64,000 nucleotides of DNA from an uncultured Pseudomonadota bacterium (GTDB taxonomy: Bacteria > SAR324 > NAC60-12), in assembly GCA_964344035.1 (NCBI GenBank), contig CAYFLK010000011.1, positions 339 to 64,338 of the forward strand. Reading direction: 5' to 3'. Below the pieces are notes generated by a model. The model was not told the origin of the DNA and made no database searches. It saw nothing but the letters and a program-made list of their open reading frames with translations. This document shows positions 56,797 to 64,000 of the stretch, in pieces (positions within the stretch are counted from its first letter, which is position 1; each line of letters begins with the position of its first letter). The position numbers and the translations under genes are program-made.

Positions 56797-58128
56797 ATGA
56801 GCGACAAGGCGGAACTGATCAAACAGGAAGCATCGGCTGCACGGAAAAAAGCCGGGATGATTTCTAAAGCCATCCAAAGCAAAGCGAGCAGTGAGAGTCC
56901 GATCCCCAACCTGAACTTCCAGAACATTCAGCGGCAGATCATCCTCATTACTGAAGACATAAAGAAGCTGGGAAAATCCTCCTTCCTGATGAAGATGAAA
57001 AACACGCTGGTCAGCGGCGCAACATCCTCTCACGGAAGCAGTCACATTGACGGCAGCATCCTCGCCAAGGTATCGAAGAAAACCGGTATCGGCCCGCTAG
57101 TTTCAGAGGTCGCCAAAGACCCTATATCCACATCCGCGAGGGTGCAGCTTATCCGGGCATTGATGTATGACCAGCGGGAATATCCACTGGAATACTACCG
57201 CAACATGATGATCCAGGCGGCTTTGCCTGGATACCTTGGAAACATCACCCCCGCGGCGTTGCAGGTCGCCGGTCAAACCTACCGAATTTATCTGCGCCAG
57301 GTTATTGGATCACACAAGAAACGGCTGCTGGTTGTACGCTCGGAGCAGCTGCGAAACGTCAACATCGACATGATCCCCATCGAAAGCCTGATCAATGTCG
57401 ATCCTGACCAGCCAGTTGGCGAAGAAGAGTCCAGGATCATCCTGGAAACCAAACTTGCGTTGCGTCTGCTCGACAACACGCGCACGCTTGATTCAGACAT
57501 ACGCGCCAACATCACACTACCCCTTGATGTAAGGGAGATCGAACATCTTTCCCCGCGTCACGGGGCAGTGATGCAGTTCCTCGGCAACAAGGAGGTCGGT
57601 TCCACCTATAACAAGCACATGCTGATAATCCGCAAGGCAGTGTCTGTGATGGATGTGGTGAAACTTATCCCGTTTCTACACTCGCTTGGCTTGAAAATGG
57701 CGGACAAGCTTGAGGATGTGGAACGCAAGATGCCGATGCCGTTTCTGATGGAGGGGCGCATCCACATGCAGGCCCTGAAACTTTTGACCCTGCGTCTGAT
57801 GCTTGATGAATACACCGCGCGTAACGCGGTCACCCCGACTTTCAAAAAGGCCGTCGTCGCTTACCGCAAGGCGCTGAAGCGCACCTCGCTAAGTGATCCC
57901 CAGAGGACAGATGTACCTGTACTGGGCGAATTCGCCCAGATTGCATATTATTCCTTTCAAAACCGAAAGATGATGCGTCTGACCAACCAGGGGGTGCTGG
58001 AAATGCTGAAAATGGGAAAGAAGGCGGTGGACGCGGCCGTGCTGGTCAACCGCAGGTATAACAAGCTGCAGATGCAGATACTGACCTCTATCAGCTCACT
58101 GGAGCACACCACGCCGGCATCTTCCTGA
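56797..58128 (+). CDS. hypothetical protein (443 aa), orphan gene with AT-rich leader
   Basis: Long ORF with no recognisable motif. Mixed helical and basic composition. The AT-rich ~330-bp upstream region 56470-56796 includes ttaatttgataataattaatgattg. Confidence 0.5.
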   Translation: MSDKAELIKQEASAARKKAGMISKAIQSKASSESPIPNLNFQNIQRQIILITEDIKKLGKSSFLMKMKNTLVSGATSSHGSSHIDGSILAKVSKKTGIGPLVSEVAKDPISTSARVQLIRALMYDQREYPLEYYRNMMIQAALPGYLGNITPAALQVAGQTYRIYLRQVIGSHKKRLLVVRSEQLRNVNIDMIPIESLINVDPDQPVGEEESRIILETKLALRLLDNTRTLDSDIRANITLPLDVREIEHLSPRHGAVMQFLGNKEVGSTYNKHMLIIRKAVSVMDVVKLIPFLHSLGLKMADKLEDVERKMPMPFLMEGRIHMQALKLLTLRLMLDEYTARNAVTPTFKKAVVAYRKALKRTSLSDPQRTDVPVLGEFAQIAYYSFQNRKMMRLTNQGVLEMLKMGKKAVDAAVLVNRRYNKLQMQILTSISSLEHTTPASS

Positions 58129-58222
58129 ATCCTCTGCAGATAAACAATGGGGTTTAAGTTTTTTAAGCAGCAAGAACTTGCATTTCAATACTTCCCACTA
58201 ACAACTTGTCGCTGACCACCTC

Positions 58223-60235
58223 TCACTTTCCGCTTGAAAGCAACCTGCGCAAAGCTTCTCCGGAAGGATTGTCCGGATGGTTATAGATGTTCTGTGATCG
58301 TCTGAACATTAAGCGGGCATTGTCTATTTCTCCCATCCGGAACGCGAGAAACCCGCGCAGGTAATAATACCTGCCGGTCCGTTCCTTGCTCAATGTCTCA
58401 TCCATTAGTGCTTCTGCCTCTTCCAGCCATTGACTGACCAGCCTCAGATGCTTCAGGCCTCCATGCTGAATAAGGATTTCCGCCATCCCGGTCAGGCCAT
58501 AATAATTGTTCCGAATCTGCTCCACCAGCGGGTTAGTTTGTAATGCCAGTGACGGGTTACCTGGAAGCAGGCTGTATCCCAGGAAATCTCCAAATTGGTG
58601 CATGAGTTTGTTGTGACGATGCCTGGTCCAGCGGTCTTGTGGAAGGTTCATGGTGATGAGTTCACGGAAATAGGCAATGACACGGGGATCGAACCCGAGT
58701 TGTATTGCCTTGGCTGATCCCGTGCGGTTGACTTTTTTGAATAAACCATAATGCAGCACCCCATAGGGGTTGGGGAAATCCTTGTCGCTGACCATGTAGT
58801 AAACCGGTCTATCGGTACCGCGGACAAATTCCCTCACAATCTTTTGCTGCCGTCCCCTGCCCATCAACGGGGAAAAGAGCCGGTCTGGAAACACCAGTCC
58901 CTGCAGGCTGAGGACGCGGACATCCGGACGAACCCCTTCGCAGTACCTCAGGTATCCGATCGGACCTGTTTCGGCATCTCCATAGATAAACACAATTGCG
59001 TTCGGTTCCAATGTCTCCAGCACCAGCCTCGCACTGGAATCCGCGAACCGGTCATGCCGTCGACCGTTGACCTCCCAGTTCCGCCAGACAAGGAACAGGA
59101 TGAACGTGAAAGTAATCAGTGGCAAAACACCGTGCAACGATACTCCGGAAATGGAAAAGGAGAAACGGGAAACGGTGTCTACAAGCCATTGCAAACCGCA
59201 GCCGAACCAGATGGCAAGAAAACCGAATGCGACCAGGGGGTATGCCCGGAAAACTGCAAGGTTGAGGTATTCGTAGTCAAACCCAAGCAGTAGTATCAGC
59301 ACAATGCTGTTGCCGAGAAAGATCAGCACCCCGGACAGCCAGACCGCAGGAGGTTTATTCCTGATCAGCCAGACCATTCCGAAGGACGCAAGCAAGGTCC
59401 CTAGGGCGGTCAACTGCGCAAGGGTCTCAGTGGAAAAATGCTGCATGAACGCCAGTTTATCAGTCCAGCCTGCGCTGGGACTGGCATCTACGCCCGCGTA
59501 TCCCTGGCGGCTGACATAAAACCAGAATTTCCGCCAGCCTGTGATCGGACCATAAAAACTAATCAGTTGCATTTGCATAGAACGCCAGACCATCCATACA
59601 TACGGAATTCCCGTGGAAAACAGGCACACACTCAGCAATCCTGGAAGCAGGCGTAAAACCGGTTTCCAGTGTGGAAGCAGAAGAACTGTAAACCCCGGGA
59701 AAGCCAGGACCATCAACGGCCAGTGATTGGCCATCCCCAGCCCGAAAAGACCCGCGCCAGAAAGTAAAAGTAGCGCCCGTCGTTCAGGTGTTCTGATGCT
59801 TTCAAAACAAAGCAGATACACGCTGAAGCAGATCAGCGAGTTGAGGGTATATACCTCTGCGATGACCGCCTGTGACCAGAAGTGTTCGGAAACCCCGAAT
59901 GCGAGGGCAGTCACTGTAGCTATCCAGGATTGCTGCCCCACGCGCTTTCCGATCCGGAAGAGGATGGCACATGTCAGTGCGCCCAGCACCGCACTGAGAA
60001 GGTGTATCCGGAAGGCCGGGGACCCGAAAGGGAGCCGATAAAACAGGTTTCCCAGAAAAGTGAACAGCGGATATCCCGGGGGATGTGCAACGCCGGCGTC
60101 ACGGCTGGCCATGATGAACAAACCGTCGTCTTCAAGCATCACCGTGTTAGGCGTACTCACCACATAAAGGGAGAGGATGAGCGCGAAAACCAGCAGTGAG
60201 AGGACGTTGTCGTACGGTTTGTACTTGCTCATCAC
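58223..60235 (-). CDS. DUF2723/PMT_2-type membrane glycosyltransferase (GT-C fold) with C-terminal TPR domain
   Basis: 670 aa. The N-terminal ~420 aa have ~11 transmembrane helices plus the DUF2723-type motif ASRDAGVAHPPGYPLFT. The C-terminal soluble region has TPR-like repeats. Confidence 0.6.
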   Translation of the reverse strand: MMSKYKPYDNVLSLLVFALILSLYVVSTPNTVMLEDDGLFIMASRDAGVAHPPGYPLFTFLGNLFYRLPFGSPAFRIHLLSAVLGALTCAILFRIGKRVGQQSWIATVTALAFGVSEHFWSQAVIAEVYTLNSLICFSVYLLCFESIRTPERRALLLLSGAGLFGLGMANHWPLMVLAFPGFTVLLLPHWKPVLRLLPGLLSVCLFSTGIPYVWMVWRSMQMQLISFYGPITGWRKFWFYVSRQGYAGVDASPSAGWTDKLAFMQHFSTETLAQLTALGTLLASFGMVWLIRNKPPAVWLSGVLIFLGNSIVLILLLGFDYEYLNLAVFRAYPLVAFGFLAIWFGCGLQWLVDTVSRFSFSISGVSLHGVLPLITFTFILFLVWRNWEVNGRRHDRFADSSARLVLETLEPNAIVFIYGDAETGPIGYLRYCEGVRPDVRVLSLQGLVFPDRLFSPLMGRGRQQKIVREFVRGTDRPVYYMVSDKDFPNPYGVLHYGLFKKVNRTGSAKAIQLGFDPRVIAYFRELITMNLPQDRWTRHRHNKLMHQFGDFLGYSLLPGNPSLALQTNPLVEQIRNNYYGLTGMAEILIQHGGLKHLRLVSQWLEEAEALMDETLSKERTGRYYYLRGFLAFRMGEIDNARLMFRRSQNIYNHPDNPSGEALRRLLSSGK

Positions 60236-60260
60236 CGTTCAGTTGGGTCTCGGACAGACC

Positions 60261-60893
60261 TTAAAGCAGGGGTTCCAGATATTTCAGCACGTTGTTCATG
60301 ATGATGCGGTGCCCGGCAGGGTTGGGGTGGATCCCATCGGGAAGGTTCAGTTCCGGTACACCCCCGACCCCTTCGAGCAGAAACGGAATCAAAGGCACCC
60401 GGTTTTTTTCAGCAAGTTCGTAAAAGGCGTTCTTGAAGTCCATAGTATATCGTGCGCCGTAGTTCAGCGGCATCTGCATTCCGGCCAGCAGTACTTTAAT
60501 GTCCCTTTTTCGCGCAAGTTCGATTGCGGCGCCGAGATGACGCTTCATATTCACAATGCTCAACCCGCGCAGTCCGTCGTTCGCGCCCAAGGCAAGGATG
60601 ATAATTTCAGGTTTGAGACGCAAATACCATTTCACTCTTGAAACTGCGCTTGCGCTTGTTGAACCACTGATGCCGGCGTTGATTATCTTGAGATTGGTGT
60701 ATCCCTTTTCTTTGAGCTTTGTTTCAAGCAGGTGCGGATAGGCTTCAGTGCTTTCGACTCCGAACCCTTCGGTGAGCGAATCTCCGAGGGCCAAGATTCG
60801 TGTTTCCGCAAGCACTACTATGTTCCCAAAAGACGAAAGCAGGTAAATGGTAATTCCCGCCAGCACTCCTGTATATCTCATAACACGTATCAT
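60261..60893 (-). CDS. SGNH/GDSL hydrolase (arylesterase / acyl-CoA thioesterase I, TesA-like)
   Basis: 210 aa. Signal peptide. Block I ILALGDSLTEGFG contains the catalytic Ser. Block III GANDG. Block V DGIHP. Confidence 0.8.
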   Translation of the reverse strand: MIRVMRYTGVLAGITIYLLSSFGNIVVLAETRILALGDSLTEGFGVESTEAYPHLLETKLKEKGYTNLKIINAGISGSTSASAVSRVKWYLRLKPEIIILALGANDGLRGLSIVNMKRHLGAAIELARKRDIKVLLAGMQMPLNYGARYTMDFKNAFYELAEKNRVPLIPFLLEGVGGVPELNLPDGIHPNPAGHRIIMNNVLKYLEPLL

Positions 60894-62914
60894 CTTCCTG
60901 TCTGCAAATGCTGGAGGTTGAGGAAGAAATCGGCACGCGAGCGTTTTCGTTTGACCGCGGCCTGCTTTTCATTTGCCTTCCCTTTGACCGGAATGGAAAA
61001 CAGGTCTGGATCAATTTCAAGCAAGAAACGGGAAGGTTCCTGGTATACTGTTTCCCGGTAATATTTGCGGGTCTTTGCCATGGAGAAGGTAAGTTCTTTT
61101 TGCGCACGTGTCATTCCCACGTAACACAATCGTCGTTCCTCCTGTTCCATCTCCTCCTCCAGCGCACGTTTATTCGGGAACAGACCCTCCGCCATGCCGA
61201 CCATGTACACGCACGGAAATTCCAGCCCTTTAGCCGAATGAAGGGTCATCAGGGTTACACAATTTCCTGTCTGCCCTGTATCTTCCGTGTTTTCACTCAG
61301 CATCGTCATCCTTACTAGGTAATCCTGCAGCGATAGGTTGGGGTGTGTCTCGCTGAATTTTCTCGACCCGCTCAGCAGTTCAAGAACACAGGAGACCCGG
61401 CGTTCCCTGGTTTTGGCATCTCCTTTCTGCTGTTCCAGGAATCGCAGGAATCCAAGCTGATCCAGTAGTTTGTGGAACGTGTCCCCCAGTGTTTCGTATT
61501 TGAAACGCTGCCGGTAATCAATTATCGTTGATGCAAAAGCTTCCATTGAACAGGCGGCGTCCCTGGGCAGTTTTTCAAAATCAGTCGCGTTTTTCATGAT
61601 CCGGAACGCCGGCAGTCCTGTTTCACGGCAGCATTCGTTTAACTGCATGAGCGAGGTTTTCCCAATACCACGGCGCGGAGTATTGATAATCCGCTGCAGG
61701 CTGACTTCATCGTTTGGATTGTGAATGACCCTCAAATAAGCCAGGGCATCCCTGATTTCCTGACGGGCGAAAAAACTTGTTCCTCCCACCACCCGGTAGG
61801 GCGTCCCTGCATCCCTGAGCGCTTCTTCCACCACCCTGGACTGGTAATTGGAGCGGTACAGTACAGCGTAATCAGAAAACCTGCGTCCGTGCCGGAGTAC
61901 GTCCATGCGCAACCGTCTTACTACAGTTTCCATTTCCGTTGTCTCGTCTTCTGCCTCAATCCACTCCAGTGGGTTTCCTCCCTGTTTTTCGGACCAGAGC
62001 TGTTTGGGCATACGCTGTGTGTTGTTCAAAATGAGCTGGTTGGCCGCTTCCAAAATGACCGTGGTGGAACGGTAATTCTGTTCTAGACGTATCAGTCGTG
62101 CGTCCGGGAAATCTCGTTCAAATCCCAGCATGTTCGCTGGTTCGGCGCCACGCCAGCCATAAATTGACTGATCGTCATCACCAACAACACAGAGGTTCCG
62201 ATGACCCGCTGCAAGGTGTTTCAGCAGCCTGTACTGTACCCGGTTGGTGTCCTGGTATTCATCCACCATGACATATCTGAACCGGTCTGCGATCTGTTTC
62301 ATCACATCCGGTTGATTCTCAAACAGTTTCAATGTTAAATTGAGGATGTCCTCGAAATCCAGTGCGTTGCATCCCTGCAGAGTTTTCTGGTATTGCAGGT
62401 AAACTTGGCCCAGCAGCCGTGTGCGAGGAGTTGACTGATCGCTCGCAAAGGTTTCAGCATCAATCCCAGCGGATTTGGCCTGGTTAATTGCGTAATGAAC
62501 GCCTTTGGGGTCAATCAAAGGTGAATCGCTCAGCCCTTCATCCTCCATCACAGAACGGATCAGGGCGAGTTGATCATGCGTGTCATAAATAACGAAATTC
62601 CTGCGGTAACCAATGTGCTCGATGGTTTCATGGAGAATCCGGACGCCAAGCGAATGAAAAGTGCTGAGATGAACGCATTTCCCGGATTTGCCCATCATCT
62701 CTTGCAGGCGCTCTTTCATTTCGTTGGCCGCCTTGTTGGTGAAGGTTACAGCAAGAATGTGTGATGGCAGGATCCCTTCCCGGAGTAGGTAGGCGATGCG
62801 ATGGATGAGCACCCTGGTTTTTCCGCTCCCGGCGCCGGCGAGTATCAATACCGGTCCACGAACAGTAACGACGGCCTCCCGTTGTAATGGATTGAGATTG
62901 TCGAGCGGGTCCAT
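60890..62914 (-). CDS. uvrD: ATP-dependent DNA helicase UvrD/PcrA/Rep family
   Basis: 674 aa. Walker A AGAGSGKTRVL. Helicase motifs TFTNKAANEM, VMVDEYQDTN, LEQNYRS and VTLMTLHSAKGLEF. Confidence 0.85.
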   Translation of the reverse strand: MDPLDNLNPLQREAVVTVRGPVLILAGAGSGKTRVLIHRIAYLLREGILPSHILAVTFTNKAANEMKERLQEMMGKSGKCVHLSTFHSLGVRILHETIEHIGYRRNFVIYDTHDQLALIRSVMEDEGLSDSPLIDPKGVHYAINQAKSAGIDAETFASDQSTPRTRLLGQVYLQYQKTLQGCNALDFEDILNLTLKLFENQPDVMKQIADRFRYVMVDEYQDTNRVQYRLLKHLAAGHRNLCVVGDDDQSIYGWRGAEPANMLGFERDFPDARLIRLEQNYRSTTVILEAANQLILNNTQRMPKQLWSEKQGGNPLEWIEAEDETTEMETVVRRLRMDVLRHGRRFSDYAVLYRSNYQSRVVEEALRDAGTPYRVVGGTSFFARQEIRDALAYLRVIHNPNDEVSLQRIINTPRRGIGKTSLMQLNECCRETGLPAFRIMKNATDFEKLPRDAACSMEAFASTIIDYRQRFKYETLGDTFHKLLDQLGFLRFLEQQKGDAKTRERRVSCVLELLSGSRKFSETHPNLSLQDYLVRMTMLSENTEDTGQTGNCVTLMTLHSAKGLEFPCVYMVGMAEGLFPNKRALEEEMEQEERRLCYVGMTRAQKELTFSMAKTRKYYRETVYQEPSRFLLEIDPDLFSIPVKGKANEKQAAVKRKRSRADFFLNLQHLQTGR

Positions 62915-63239
62915 TCAGGGAGGATTTAGTTTGGTGGGTTGACTGTCTTTTCGCAGTCTGAAGCTATGTTTATTATGCTTTTCAGGCGGAAGGGATGCGG
63001 CCTTTCAAGCTGTTGGAAAATTCAGAAGCACACAGGTATTTATCAAACCGACTTGTATGTTAAGCGAAGATACGACTAAAAACACCATGGTTGAAGTTGT
63101 TCTATTTCAACACGTGGACGGTTTCTTTTGCTGCAGACAGATTTCTGCCTGAAAGCCAAGGCAATCTAAGTGGGTATACTAATGACCCAAACCGGCAAAT
63201 TCGGCAAGCCATTTTCAACTCCTACCGATCATCTTTTTC

Positions 63240-63674
63240 ATGCCTTCCATGAACGTTGAACAACTGCGTGAGTTGATGTTCAGGGAATTTCCGCAAAGCG
63301 AGACTATTGTCGAATCTGTCGGCAACCGTTGTTCCCGGGTGCGAATCCCGGTCCATCGAAATCACTTGCGTCCCGGAGGCACCATTTCCGGACCGACGAT
63401 GATGGCTCTCGCGGACACGGCCATGTATCTCGCCCTCCTCGCCGAACTCGGGCCGGTGCTTTTGGCGGTGACCACCAACCTCAATATTCATTTTGTGCGC
63501 AAACCTGAAAACGGCCGCGACCTGATCGGGGAGTGCAGCATCTTCAAATTAGGCAAGAAACTGGCGGTTGGAGAAATCCGCATCTATTCTGAAGGAATGC
63601 CGGAGATGGTCGCGCACGCGACCTGCACTTATTCCATTCCCCCTGCGGGAAACAATGTTATGGAGGAAGAGTGA
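63240..63674 (+). CDS. PaaI/YbgC-type hotdog-fold thioesterase
   Basis: 144 aa. [21 protein letters not shown] is the PaaI-family active-site helix. Confidence 0.7.
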   Translation: MPSMNVEQLRELMFREFPQSETIVESVGNRCSRVRIPVHRNHLRPGGTISGPTMMALADTAMYLALLAELGPVLLAVTTNLNIHFVRKPENGRDLIGECSIFKLGKKLAVGEIRIYSEGMPEMVAHATCTYSIPPAGNNVMEEE

Positions 63675-63685
63675 CGGAAACCGGT

Positions 63686-64000
63686 ATGAAAGAACGCATC
63701 GAGGTTGTACAGGCTGACATCACCACTCCGGAACTTGACGCTATTGTCAATGCAGCCAATGAAACATTGCGCGGAGGGGGCGGAGTGGACGGAGCGATCC
63801 ATCGCGCTGCCGGTCCGGAACTGCTTGATGCCTGCAGCAAAATTGGAAGCTGCGCCACCGGTGAAGCGTGCATCACTCCCGCATTCAAACTGCCGGCGAA
63901 GTATGTGATTCATACTGTGGGACCGGTATGGCGCGGCGGCAATGACGGTGAACCCGAACTGCTGGCTTCATGCTACCGGAACAGTCTCTTACTGGCAAAA
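63686..64000 (+). CDS. macro-domain protein (O-acetyl-ADP-ribose deacetylase, YmdB-like), 5' part; runs off window
   Basis: [50 protein letters not shown].. is the canonical macro-domain N-terminus (NAAN, GGGV). Confidence 0.75.
   Translation, partial: MKERIEVVQADITTPELDAIVNAANETLRGGGGVDGAIHRAAGPELLDACSKIGSCATGEACITPAFKLPAKYVIHTVGPVWRGGNDGEPELLASCYRNSLLLAK

Overview
This 64 kb window is a dense bacterial chromosomal segment of moderate-to-high GC content with no rRNA, tRNA or CRISPR array. Function calls rest on motifs and domain architecture read from the six-frame translations, and no database searches were run.

Genes in order (5' to 3'):
- dTDP-rhamnose genes: the rfbC tail and rfbD.
- A small coiled-coil protein carrying 'DKRFE' repeats.
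- A polysaccharide export protein.
- A minus-strand operon of a FecR-domain protein and two very large secreted lipoproteins. One of these has a C-terminal DUF1566-like domain, and an AT-rich region sits upstream.
- A DsbA/FrnE-like thioredoxin-fold gene whose CxxC cysteine codon is an in-frame TGA. This is a candidate selenoprotein.
- 2-oxo-acid dehydrogenase E1 alpha, E1 beta and E2 genes, with no E3.
- A GyrI-like protein and a TAXI-type TRAP transporter.
- A catabolic island: an RpiR regulator, an ADP-forming acyl-CoA synthetase, an acetolactate-synthase-like TPP enzyme, an acyl-CoA dehydrogenase, a family III CoA-transferase, a TetR regulator, a FAD oxidoreductase and a polar amino-acid ABC importer. 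A VapBC toxin-antitoxin pair is inserted in it.
- MazG-like, TPR and YkgJ-like genes, and a transporter of possible PSE/YeiH type with an unusual K/A/E-rich N-terminal extension.
- The centrepiece, about 16 kb: a complete dissimilatory sulfite reductase locus. Its order is dsrN-dsrC-dsrA-dsrB-dsrL-(unknown)-tusA-dsrE-dsrF-dsrH-(AhpD-like::Rieske fusion)-cysG-like-dsrT-like-dsrM-dsrK-dsrJ-dsrO-dsrP. Several genes overlap by a few nucleotides, consistent with translational coupling. dsrEFH, dsrL and tusA are present and dsrD is absent, which argues for an oxidative (reverse) Dsr system in a sulfur oxidiser.
- Downstream: an orphan 443-aa hypothetical gene behind an AT-rich leader, a DUF2723-type glycosyltransferase with TPR repeats, a GDSL esterase, uvrD, a PaaI thioesterase and the start of a macro-domain gene.

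Non-coding structure of note:
- A dispersed family of palindromic REP/MITE-like repeats built on GTAGGGGCA...TGCCCCTAC termini and GGGCAGAC/GTCTGCCC hairpins.
- A pair of 50-bp direct repeats.
- Long terminator-like hairpins.
- A perfect 14-bp inverted repeat in the dsrC leader.
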